Position numbers and translations under genes: made by a program | Assembly (NCBI RefSeq): GCF_006345805.1 | Contig: NC_043000.1 | Coordinates: forward strand, 164,610,001 to 164,674,000 | Length of the DNA stretch: 64,000 nt | Direction: 5' to 3' | From: Octopus sinensis | Lineage: Eukaryota | Notes under the pieces: model-generated | What the model was told of the DNA's origin: nothing | Database searches by the model: none | Seen by the model: only the letters and a program-made list of their open reading frames with translations | Shown here: positions 24,358 to 36,497 of the stretch, piece by piece | Layout: each line of letters opens with the position of its first letter | Position numbering within the stretch: the first letter of the stretch is position 1

Positions 24358-26563
24358 ATCATCATCATCATCGTTTAGTGTCTGTTTTCCATGCTAGCAT
24401 GGGTTGGACGGTTCTACTGGGGTCTGTGAAGCCAGAAGGCTTCATCAGGCCCAGTCAAATCTGGCAGTGTTTCTACGGCTGGATGCCCTTCCTAACGCCA
24501 ACCACTCCGTGAGTGTAGTGGGTGCTTTTTACGTACCACCCGCACAGGTGCCAGACAGAGCTGGCAAACGGCCACGAATGGATGGTGCTTTTTATGTGCC
24601 ACCGGCACGAGGGCCAGGCGAGGCTGGCAACGGACACGAACGGATGGTGCTTTTTACGAGGCCAGTCGGGGCGGTGCTGGCAACGGTCGCAAAATGGAAG
24701 GTTCTCTTACATGCCACCGGCACTGGTAACACATCTGCCATTTCCATTGATCGATTTCCGTTGATCGATTTCGATTCTGATCCTCACTTGCCTCAACGGG
24801 TCTTCACAAGTAGAGTTTCGACATACCACCGGCACTGGTAACACATCTGCAATTTCCATTGATCGATTTCGATTCTGATCCTCACTTGCCTCAACAGGTC
24901 TTCACAAGTAGAGTTTTGTGTCCCAAGAAGGGAAGGTATGCATACGTAGGCTGGCTCCATCCCATGTAGAAGGCCACGGGTTATGGACTCACTTGTCCTG
25001 CCGGGTTTTCTCGTGCACAGCACACTTCCAGAGGTCTCGGTCTCTAGTCATTTCCTCAGTGAGAACTAAAGTTCGAAGGTCGTGCTTCACCACCTCGTCC
25101 CAGGTTTTCCTAGGTCTGCCTCTTCCGCAGGTTCCCTCAACAGCTAGGGTGTGGCACTTTTTCACACAACTATCTTCATCCATTCTCGCCACATGACCAT
25201 ACCAGCGCAAACGTCTCTCTTGCACACCACAACTGATGCTTCTTAGGTCCAGCTTTTCTCTCAAGGTACTTACACTCTGCCGAGTATGAGTACTGACATT
25301 ACACATCCATCGGAGCATACTGGCTTCATTTCTTGCGAGCTTACGCATATCCTCAGCAGTCATGGCCCATGTTTCACTGCCATGTAGCATGGCTGTTTGT
25401 ACACACGCATCATACAGTCTGCCTTTCACTCTGTGCGAGAGGCCTTTTGTCACCAGCAGAGGTAAGAGCTCTCTGAACTTTGCCCAAGCTATTCTTACTC
25501 TAGCAGTTACACTTTCAGCACACCCGCCCCCGCTGCTGACTTGGTCACCTAGGTAACGGAAACTATCAACTATTTCTAGTTTTTCTCCCTGGAAAGTGAC
25601 GGAAGTTGGTCTCAGAGCATTTTCAGTGTTTATTGTTCCTGAGCATCTGCCACATACAAAAGCCATCTTCCTAGTTAGCCTTCCTTTGACATTGCTGCAC
25701 CTCTTATGTGTCCATAGCTTACACTTGGTGCATCTTATAGAGTTTCTACCTACACGTTTTCTACAGATCGAGCAGGGCCATCTACCTGAAGGCGTTTGTG
25801 ATTTGTCTACCTTCCTACTGATTACGACTTTGGTTTTAGCTAGATTGACTCTGAGGCCCTCCGATTCTAATCCTTGTTTCCACACCTGAAACTTCTCCTC
25901 CAGTTCTGATAGCGACTCAGCAATTAGAGCAAAGTCATCAGCATAGAGGAGCTCCCAAGGGCATCCTGTCTTGAATTCCTCCGTTATTGCCTGGAGGACT
26001 ATGATAAATAGGAGGGGGCTGAGTACTGAGCCTTGGTGGACCCCTACCTCTACCCGGAATTCTTCACTGTACTCGTTTCCAACCCTCACCCTACTAGCAG
26101 CGTCCCTATACAGGGCCCGCACAGCTCTCACTAACCATTCATCTATCCCTAGTTTCCTCATTGCCCACCAGATAAGGGATCGGGGGACCCTGTCAAAGGC
26201 TTTCTCCATGTCAACAAAAGCCAGGTACAGGGGCTTATCTTTGGCTAGGTATTTCTCCTGCAGCTGCCTTACCAGGAATATAGCATCAGTAGTACTTTTC
26301 CCTGGCACAAACCCAAACTGCATCTCATCTGAACTAACTCTCTCTCTAATTAGTTGGGCTATGACCCTCTCCGTAACCTTCATCACCTGATCCAACAGCT
26401 TGATACCTCTGTAGTTATTTGTATCTAGGGTGTCACCTTTACCTTTGTAGCAATTGACTATTATGCTGCTACACCAGTCATTGGGTATGACTCCTTTGTG
26501 TATCACCTGATTAACTATACGGGTGACTAGGCTATAGCCGACACTACCAGACATTTTGAGCAT
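24358..26563 (-). mobile_element. 5'-truncated RTE-clade LINE, antisense in PI4KB intron
   Basis: RT ORF, repeat-containing 3' UTR and (GAT)n tail at 24358-24372. The 5' truncation is marked by a duplicated AGACATTTTGAGCAT (26549-26563 and 26565-26579). Confidence 0.96.
24989..26563 (-). CDS. RTE reverse transcriptase ORF (N-terminally truncated, no endonuclease), about 525 uninterrupted codons
   Basis: Motifs NYRGIKLL, QFGFVPGKSTTDAIF, AFVDMEKAFDRV, GVHQGSVLSPLLF, LLYADD, FRYLG, RRLRWYGHV and GRGRPRKTW. Stop TGA at 24991-24989. The first 20 codons of the ORF-track call are flanking DNA. Confidence 0.95.
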   Translation of the reverse strand: MLKMSGSVGYSLVTRIVNQVIHKGVIPNDWCSSIIVNCYKGKGDTLDTNNYRGIKLLDQVMKVTERVIAQLIRERVSSDEMQFGFVPGKSTTDAIFLVRQLQEKYLAKDKPLYLAFVDMEKAFDRVPRSLIWWAMRKLGIDEWLVRAVRALYRDAASRVRVGNEYSEEFRVEVGVHQGSVLSPLLFIIVLQAITEEFKTGCPWELLYADDFALIAESLSELEEKFQVWKQGLESEGLRVNLAKTKVVISRKVDKSQTPSGRWPCSICRKRVGRNSIRCTKCKLWTHKRCSNVKGRLTRKMAFVCGRCSGTINTENALRPTSVTFQGEKLEIVDSFRYLGDQVSSGGGCAESVTARVRIAWAKFRELLPLLVTKGLSHRVKGRLYDACVQTAMLHGSETWAMTAEDMRKLARNEASMLRWMCNVSTHTRQSVSTLREKLDLRSISCGVQERRLRWYGHVARMDEDSCVKKCHTLAVEGTCGRGRPRKTWDEVVKHDLRTLVLTEEMTRDRDLWKCAVHEKTRQDK

Positions 26564-27414
26564 TAGACATTTTGAGCATATTAATGAAATATTAATGAAT
26601 AAAAGAAAATATTGTATGGGCATGACTGGAATATCTTATAACAAATATTTACTGAGTCATGGTTGACCTGAGATTAAATGTATGTAGGAATGCAGATATG
26701 CCACCACCAAGACAAGAGTCAGCTTTTCCAAAAGAAACAGAGTTTCTTTGTTAGAATTCTAGCAACGCAGTAACAACAATAACAATATTAACTCTGCAAT
26801 CTTGAACTTTAGAGGAGACTTGCATATTCTAACTGCCCTGCTTAAGAATTACATTGTGTGTATATGTGTGTGCACACACATATTTATGTGTATGTATCTG
26901 CTGAACATGCATTGGTAAAAATGTTCAACATATCATATACATGCATGTAGTGTGTATGCATTTGTCTATATGTTTGAAGAAGGTTGGAGAAAAGGAAGAA
27001 TGAATATGCAGATGCATTTGATTGTGTATAGGTGTTGGAGGAATGGAATGAATGGAGTTGTGTGAAGATTAGAAAGATAGAATGTATGTATGAATATCTA
27101 GTATACAACTTGTTGCTTTGCGATTTCTTTTATGTTCACCTCACTACTACTGCAATTGCACTAGCTGTTATTTAGTGTTACTAGTGTGCATTGTCAGTCA
27201 AACACTGATTTGTGTCAGTGTGTATTTAATACCTGCTGAGAAGGTTCATTGTGTAATGAGGTTATGGTGCTCCTGTTTTTAACCTATTTACTCTGGATAC
27301 AAATCTTTACCAGCTCCCGGCTGGACTTTCTTGGTCAGTGTATTAAAGTAAGATATACACATTCCCTGGTATATTCTGGTTATGGCAAATTGTAGTGCTC
27401 ACTAAGTGTGGCTA

Positions 27415-27830
27415 AGGCCTAAATTGACATAGGCTGTACTGTTGGGTAAGACCAAAATATACTGTAGAGGCTGTTCTATTGGATAAGGTCAAAATATACT
27501 GGAGAGTCTGGTCAGTTGGAAAAGGTTCATGGAGTAATGTAGAAGTGGTCTGCTGGATATGAACAAGATGCATTATAGTGGCTTATCTGTTAAGATGTGC
27601 TATAAAGTTCTGTTGGAAAAGATCAAAGCATACAATAGAAACTTGGTTATGGAATAGAATTGAAATGCATTATTTAAGCTGTTTTGTTGGATAGGATTAA
27701 GATGTATTACAAAGTCTAAGGAATAAGATTAAGGTGTATTATAGTGATTGTTTTATAAGATAGGGTCTGTGTACAACTGAAACCATTCTATGGGAAAGGA
27801 TCAAGGTGTACTCTAGAGCAATGATTCTCA
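27415..27830. repeat. Old degenerate minisatellite, period about 40 bp
   Basis: Recurrent (c)tgttggataaggtcaaaatatactgtag-like motifs with increasing divergence. Confidence 0.6.
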
Positions 27831-30800
27831 GCCATATGGTGTTTGGGGGTCAATTTAGTCTCCCGATCATAATCAAGATATCATATAAATTATTCTGTTA
27901 ATCATGATGCAGATATACGAGACAGGTGTATTTAGATGTTAGATTTAATCCTTGGTTGTTAGGGTTGGGTACTGACTTCCTGCCTGACAAAGCAATTAAA
28001 GATCACTGATATTTAGAAACCTCTTTCTGCCTACACAAGTCTATGAAAAGAATATTTGAAAACATAACCAGTTTTCAGTTTGTGTTAATATATGTTATTA
28101 ATAATATATTACGACAAATAATTTAGGTTCACATCTCTTTTAAGTAAGAAACAACTGTCGTCTATAAGCACTTGTCTGAACAATCTGTTGTTGTCACTCC
28201 TAAAGGAAATAAATTAAATCCACTTCGATGAGGTTCAAGGGCCTAGTCTCAGGAGCTCAAACCACATCATTCAGGAGATGACAAAGAACAAGGACGACTA
28301 GAGATATGCAGTTCTCAAAAAGACAAAACTAATTCCGGAATCACAATGTGTATCTAAATGAAAACATAGCAAAGAATACAGTGGAGTATGATTAAATTGT
28401 TTGGCCCTATTGGATCCTGTCTAACCATCCAACCCATGCCTGCATGGGACATGGATGTTGATTGATGATGAAGCGAAGCACAGATAAAATGCCTTAATGT
28501 TCCTGAGTGTCATTGTGTCAGAAAATAAAAGCTAGGATAGTCACATCTGAAATGGCTTTGAGTTATAGTCTACTTGATTTGAACTGATCAGTGCTGAAAA
28601 AAAAACAAAAACAACACTATAAATTATCTTGTCTTTTTGTTTTTGACTCCTGTGTCTTTTCACCCTGGCTGGATAATAGTTTTTGTTGCATAATTTTGTT
28701 GTTGCCTGCTAGTGTTTTGACAGTCATTAGAAGTATCTAAATGTGTGTGTGTATACATTTGATTGCTTGTATGCTTGATTGTGTTGTAGCCGTGTGAAAT
28801 TGTATGTTAGCTGTAAGTAATTTCACAAGTATGAAAACAAACGAAATAGTATAGAGAACATAGGTTTGAAGTATTATACCTCCCAGCTATAACAATATAC
28901 TTCCATCATATCTTTATTATTGTGTGTGATTAAAATGTTTATTAGGAGAGAGGATTGTTTGTGTCCATGAAAGATTTCAAGTGATACTTACCACTACTTT
29001 CACACAACTTAGGTAAATGTCATTGAAATTATAGCAAAATATCTTGTCTGCCTTTGATTCATTTTTCAGAAATTAGTATTGTTATAAAGAGTACTTCTTA
29101 AGCTACAAAACAATAGTTGTGATAATTATAATTGGAGCCATGAATATCATTAAAAGAAAAAGACAATGCTTAAAAGAAAATAATCTTTAACTTATCTAAC
29201 ATCACAAGAAATAATCTTGAAGCAAAGTGTATTTACTTGGGGAAGTTTAGATGTGTGTGTGTTTGTATATTAACCTATTTCTAAGTCAGGTAATATTTCC
29301 CTGTAGCTGGACAATGTTTTTACACATAAGAAATGAAGACATTGCTTATATGATGGTGACACTTGTTTACAGCAGTCATGTGATCTCAAGACAAAGGGAC
29401 AACTCACGCTGACCTGTGTGCATGTCTACCAAAATCCTCTCACAGGGCTTATATATGTACAAGTATATGTGTGTGTGTGTGCGCATGTATAAGCATGAAT
29501 ATTCTTATACTTTTATTTGTAAATGCTTGCAAAGTACTTTTAATGGTTAATACTTAGTTCTAGTTTCATGACACAAACTGAACAGAATGTTAGTCTCTTG
29601 CAGATAAGATTCCTATATAATCTCATACCTACTCTAAAGCAGATGGATTAAGTCTACTATTGAAATATATTCAGTAGGCTTCTTCATAGTTTCCATCTAT
29701 CCACTTTCACTCACAAGGCTTGGGTTGATCTGAGTTTATGATAGAAAACATCTGTTAGAGGTGTTGTAGTGAAGGATTGAGCCTGGATCCATGTAATTGC
29801 AAAGCAAACCTTTTTAGTCACACCTCCATGCTTGTATTTATTTGAACCCTTGATTTCTTGATATAGGCTGTATGTCAAATACTTTTTTTTTTCACTCATC
29901 CATATCGCCTACACACTGTGGGTTTGGCTTTGTTTGTGTAGGTGGGTATGACTGAATGCAGGTGAAAATGATATGCATTCTAAAAAACAAAGCAGTAGGT
30001 CTGACAATTTTAAAAAGATACAGCTCAAACAAAGAAAGCAACAGGTTACGTGAGAATATGTAAGAAACTAGGACTAGGTTTGACTGACTTAGTTTGGGAA
30101 GGTAAATACTTGAGGCATTGACAAATAAAGTAGTAGTAGTAGTGTGCGTGGTTCATAAATTATGGTGAAACAAATTAATCACTATTCTCTCTCCTAATTT
30201 TTTAACAATTAGTTCTAAGACAATGATGAAATCTTCTAAGCCTTTAAAAGTAACAACCAAATCTCCCTCTGATCACATCTTCTCATTCTTAAAAATGGGA
30301 CTCTAACACTGAAAATGTAATCCTAGGTAGACTTTGAAAAAAAATGGGATGGTCATGGTTAGAGCAATTTTGATCATATGTCTGTTTGGTCAGGGCTAGC
30401 TTGTTATCAAAAGTAAAGTTAATTCCAAGCCAATGACGGAGCCTCTATATGCTCCATTCAACCTGCTAGAAATAACAACCTAATCTGACCCAAATTACAT
30501 GATATAGTCCTTGGTGCACTATATCTGATATGATGGTGACAGCTGGAAGATCTTTGGTTGATAGGTCTGTCAGTGGAAGACTGCAACATAATTAGCTCTC
30601 TGCAAATTTTTAACCAGTATGGTTAAGGCCAAGCTGGAGTGCCACCCTTAATATTATTCTTTCAACACATTATGAATATGCGTGGTTTACAACTTCCTCA
30701 CCTTGTGGTGTGTATCTATAATATGTAAATGGATTAAGTTGTGGACTATCTGGCATCTCTTAATCCATCATTATCATTTAGCTGATTAGTCATCCATTCC

Positions 30801-31552
30801 ATGACTACCACCACGGCTATATCTGGTATTTATCTCTGACTCTACCATCCTACTACTAGTATTATTGCTAACCCTCAACAGCCACACCAACATTACCATC
30901 ACTATTAATAGCAACAGCTTCGATTCTTTTACGAACACCACTACCATTGCTGTCTTCCTTAACAAAACATGCTCCCTCGATTTACTAGGGACAGAAGTGG
31001 AATCTCCCTTGAATCATACTCCTACTGTTATAAAAAAACAGAAAGGACACATTGGACAATGGAGTTCATGAAATATAAAAAGACAGAATAGTCAGAGCTA
31101 GAGAAGATGGAAGGGTCACTGCATGGATCTGCTTGATCAGGATTGATGTGCAACTAAACACCACCACTATCATCATTATAACCACCACAACTGTCTCCTC
31201 CAACACATACCATCTGCATCAACACTACTCTCACCACCACATCCTTATAGCTATCATCACCACCACCACCACCACTTCTAGCAATTATCCTTACACTTGG
31301 CAATACATTAATCTGGAGCTAACATAATTGGATAAATTAACAAAGTGTCTCTGCAGCTCTTCCACTCCAATCACCACCCTTATCACTGACCTGCCTTCCT
31401 CCCACCTGCTGCCTGGAACTTTGAACTCCTGAAAGTTATTGCTGCTTTCACTTGGGTCTTCAGACATTCAAAAAGTCTTTTTCCTGCTCATCCCCCCATA
31501 GTGAATTCCTTCATTAATCTCTCTTTGTTATTTTACTTTCCAATGCATTTTG

Positions 31553-31589
<37 letters not shown>

Positions 31590-32364
31590 GCTTGTTTCTG
31601 GTACACTTTTATGGACACACACGTGTACTCCTAATGAGATCTCATTCATCCCTTTCTGATGTGTTTCACTGAAAATCAAGTGGGTGGTATGCTTTGTACT
31701 CTCATTTTCTAACTTTGTACACCCACTCTCTATCCATCTGTGTCTGTACTACTCTGGCCTTCCACCACTAACACAATGGTCACCATTGAGGTCAACCTAC
31801 CTATATCTGGACATTACATTCTTCCGGTTCGCTCCAAGTTGAATATTCAACAAACACTACATGTTCACCAGCAGGAAGAGTCTCACAGCTGTAATGCTTA
31901 TGACATCAATGGTGAGTGTCTCAGCAACAGTTCTTTTTTTTTTAATTAATTTTTATCTCTCTCTCTCACTAATGACGGTTCCTGCATAAAATGTTAAGCT
32001 TCTTTTCTTCTCCACAACAAACCAATTTTTTTACATTTGAATTGTTTTTAATTTTTTCTTCTTCATTTATTCCTTTTTCTCCATGTTTGGTTTCCATATA
32101 AATTTTCATATTTCAATTTATAAGGTTTATACCAACCATATTTACTCTTCCTTTTCTCAACATCTCAGCTATCATTGTGATGTGCCTCCTCATTTTCATT
32201 GCTGATGTTACTGGCATAGCCATTGCTCTCATCAGTTTTGAAAGCCTTACCAAAAGTGTCATTGTGTTACCTCTGATTAGAAATCACAAAAAAACATGTT
32301 AATGTTTGACGAAAAAGCATGAATACCACATCTGCCATTGATATCAATGGAAGATGTAACATTG

Positions 32365-32410
<46 letters not shown>

Positions 32411-33497
32411 CATTCTATGCATTCATGTGTGTATCATGCTGTGTGTATGTGATTGAATGTTATGTACATTAGTTCCATGTAATGTCATGCGTATTAGGTA
32501 AGTATATTATTTCTGTCTCATGGTTGACTGTTTACAAGAAACCAAAATAATGACAGAGCTTCTATATAACTAACTCACAGTCTGCCAATACAGCAGTTTT
32601 AATTTTATTCTCCAGAACATTCTTTACCAGTTGATTAGGCTTAACCTTGTGGCAATGGATTATATGCTTATGTATATAAATGAAATCTACAAGTATTCAG
32701 TGCTATTTCTCCCACACAATACTACCAAATGCATACATTCTTTCTCTTCCCTTCTTGATTGTGGTAGATAAAGGGATATTCTCAACTGAATGTTGATTGT
32801 CAACATAACCTTCCTATTTTTGCACCACTCTATGATTGTTAAGTGTATTTATTTTCAGTGACTAAATTGCGTTGTTGTTTTATATTCTAATATTAGAATA
32901 CATATCCCTATGAACATAAACTATGCTCTATATATGAATACATATATACAGTATATATTTATTGTATTTGTATGATAAAGAAAGGCCCTTGCTAAGTTGT
33001 TGAACTTATCAAGGGGTTCTCTCATATGACTTTTCTTGGTTCAGAAGAAAAGGTAATGCTAGTATATCTGAGAGAAAGAGAATGAAGAAACTCAGTGCAG
33101 AGTTTGCCCAGAGAGTCAGAGTTTTGTTCCATTTGTAGGTTTGATGAATGGATGGCCATTGACTCCTTCATGTCCTCTTGTTTTTTGACTCTGTTAGAGT
33201 GGCCATTCACCCTCCAAACATCCAAGTAAACCCAGAGTAGTATTGCCAGTTTAACTGGTGATAGCCTTGACCATGAAACCAGTACTACTGGTTTATATAT
33301 ATTACCTGTAGTTAATCATTTCTGATCTTTTATCTTCCATATGCACTATAAAACATCATCATCGTTTAATGTCCACCTTCCATGCTGGCTTGACAAGAGC
33401 CAGCTAGGGAGAAGACTACACCAGGCTTCTGTTTGTTTTGCATGGTTTTTACACCAATCGTGTGTGTGTGTGTGTAGCACCCAGTACACTCTGTAAG

Positions 33498-33872
33498 TGG
33501 GACAAATTACTGAAGGATGATCTCAGGATGCTGAGCCTTTCAGATGAGATGGCAATGAACCGAGATACCTGGCACCTTGCTGTACTCAAGATCTGTACTC
33601 AGAAGTGTTAAGGCTGCTCCCCTTGGCAAAGAGGATTGGCCTGCAAGAGTCTTTGCTGGTGCCATGTAAAAAGGGCTCCTGCTGTTGCCATATAAATGTA
33701 CTTGTGTGGTGCCACATAAAAACACTCAGCACACTCTGTAAAGTGGTTGGCATTAGGGAGGGCATCCAACTGTAGAAACCATGCCTGATGCGGCTCTTTA
33801 GCTTGCCAGCTCAAGTCAAACCATCCAACCCAAACCAGTATGGACAATGGATGTTAAATGATGATAATGATA
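33498..33872 (+). mobile_element. Old RTE 3' end fragment (ORF C-terminus, 3' UTR and ATG-repeat tail)
   Basis: WDKLLKDDLRMLSLSDEMAMNRDTWHLAVLK parallels the C-terminus of the RTE at 24989 (WDEVVKHDLRTLVLTEEMTRDRDLW). The tail ends aaatgatgataatga. Confidence 0.8.
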
Positions 33873-34114
33873 TATGGTGGATTTCTTTCAGCTTGTCTAC
33901 CAAATCTACTTACTAGGCTTTGGTCATACCAAGGCTAAAGTAGAAGACACTCACCCAAGGTGCCACACAGTAGAACTGAATCTGAAACCATATGGTTGGC
34001 AAGCAAATTTCTTACCATGAGCCAACATGCACGCATGCATGCACGCACGCATGCACGCACACACACACACACACACATGCATGCATGCACACACACACAC
34101 ACACACAAGCATTA

Positions 34115-35003
34115 TATTGGGTCATCCCATAAATAATGCGTTCTTTTAAATATTTCTTTTATTTTTCAAAATTAAGATAAAGTTGTTTTTTAATCTAAAA
34201 TTTACTCTCCTTCATTTCCGACATTGCTCTTCTATCTATCTGGTAAACTTGCAAGGCCCCTCTTCCCAAATTCACTTCTCTGTGATGAAAAATACTTTTC
34301 CAGTACTGTTCTGACTTCATCTCTTCAGAATTCATATTCTTTCCAAGTGATTTTGAAAACTGCGGAATAAATGATAATCAGATGGGGCAATGTCTAGCAA
34401 ATATGGTTTCCCATCATTTCCCATTCCAACTGCTTCAGCCTTTGGAATGCCATCCTCACTTTATGTGGCTGATGGAAGAACACCTTTTGTCTTGAAACCA
34501 AAGATGGTTGTTTTTCTTCTAGCATAGGTGTTGATGAATGGTTGAATGACTAAATCCAAGCTTCTCTGTTAGTTCCTCAACAGTTATGATGGGATTTTGT
34601 TCTGCCAGGGTTTGTGGGACAACCTCGCCGAGCTCTACAGATTTTCCAGGATGAGGCTCATCTTCTAGGCTGTAGTTTCCAGCTCGGAATTTCTGGAACC
34701 ACCGTTGACATTGGCTTACGCTTATTGTCTGATCCCCATAGACTGCATTAATATTCCTCACACTTTCCGTTGCATTGTTGCCTTTATTGAACTCATAAAG
34801 CAAAATATGCTGAATATGCTCCTTTGTCACTTCCATTGTAGCTTTGATAAAATAACTGTTTAAATCAAACTGCACTCTTCAAAACTTGCACTAAATTACT
34901 ACCTACTTTTACAGCAAGTTGATGCAAGTGGTTTATTCCGTCCCTCACCAACTTTTAGCTCATGCAATTGAAAAGATCGCATTATTTATGGGATGACCCA
35001 ATA
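34115..35003 (-). mobile_element. Internally deleted mariner transposon (889 bp)
   Basis: Perfect 26-bp TIRs TATTGGGTCATCCCATAAATAATGCG flanked by TA on both sides. Minus ORF MEVTKEHIQHILLYEFNKG...QRWFQKFRAGNYSLED is the mariner HTH, fused to a C-terminal IAPSDYHLFRSFQNHL. The central DDD domain is missing. Confidence 0.95.
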
Positions 35004-36293
35004 TATTACATAAAATAGTGTCCCTCCTAATAAACATTACTACAAATACTTGGTGTTTCTTCTCATAAACATAATTCTGTGTGTGTGTGTTGTATGTATG
35101 TGTCTTAATATTTATGATTCAAATGTTTATGTACCTGCAACTCTTGCTAAGCACATGTATGTCTTATAAGGTGTGTGTGTGCGTGTGTTAGTATCTGCAT
35201 GTTAACACATGCATCAGTGAATCAGTTAGGCTGTATACATATCCAGGAATAATTATACATGATGGTGGTGAGAGATGATTCAGTTGACATGTTGCATATA
35301 TGTAAATATTAAAAAGCCATTTGATATCTAGAGAGAAAAACACAGACGACATCAGAGATATGGATGAATAGAAAGTGACATGATGGATAGCAGAATTGGT
35401 AGAGTGCCAAGGAAAACATCTTGCAGTATTTAGATAAACTTGTGTGTTATAAGTTCAGATTCAAGTGAGGTCAATCAAATAAGTATCAGATGCTGCTATA
35501 ATTGTTTAACTCCTGATCAACTTTGACCAAGCATATGATAAAAGGTAGGTGGTTATTGTTTAACCCCAAATCAAAAGTACTTCAGCTACAACCTTGCTGT
35601 CTTTCTCAAGCATTGCTTATCTCAGGCTACATTATCCAATATCTCTCTCCTGATTTTTCATGGCATAGGTTGTAATTTGTGGGAGATTTGGTTGCTATTT
35701 CTAACAAGTTGTGTAATCTTCTAGGTGTTACCTCATGGGCACAAATAAATACCAGTACAATATTGCTATTGATTAAATTCACTATATGCTTCCTCAAAAA
35801 TGTTGTGGCCTTGTAGTAATGTCAGAAACTCGTAACCATTATTATAGTTAATGTAGTTATGGCAGTTATCCCATTCCTTTACTGACTCCAAATCCTGCTA
35901 CAGGTGATGTTTATCTTTCATCCTTTTTGGGGTTGATAAATTAACAATTAAAAAAAAAAAAGAGACTGAATTACCTACATTCCAACTTCATATTGTTGCC
36001 ATGTGATAATATTAGAAATAATTATCATTATCGAGTGACAGGGCAGCACATGTCACCAAAGTGATGCTGGGGAACAAATATACGTAGCCTAATACATCCA
36101 TCATGATTATCCATCTGATAAGGGTACATCAGACCCATGCATCACAACACATGGCTATAATGCTTTCCCACTACTCCTGTTCAAAATATCACCAGGCACT
36201 AAGGGATGTGGTCAAATGGTTATGGTCAAGCAACAGACAAGCAAAACTGGTATTGAGCAGAATATTTGCCCTTATGCTAAGACAATACATGTA

Positions 36294-36497
36294 CGAGGGG
36301 GTACTAAAATCTTCCTGGCCTAGAGTAAAAGAAAATAGAGGAGGATCAATTAATTATGATGTTGTTGATCACATTCCCCTCTCAGATTCACACACTTATT
36401 GTAGCAGTCCTTCAGAACTGTAGAACTTAGAAATTGGGGCCTCCAACCTAGCCTTTTGCAATCCCCTTAAAGCCAGGAACTTTTCAGCACTCCCTTG
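36294..36497. mobile_element. Mariner-derived MITE (204 bp)
   Basis: TA-flanked imperfect TIRs cgagggggtactaaaatcttcctggc / gccaggaacttttcagcactcccttg. Same family as 45617-45833, in the opposite orientation. Confidence 0.85.

Noticed and set aside
26564-26623. N-terminal 20 codons of the 544-aa ORF as part of the RTE protein
   Set aside because: They lie beyond the truncation/duplication junction and are flanking AT-rich DNA read through by chance.
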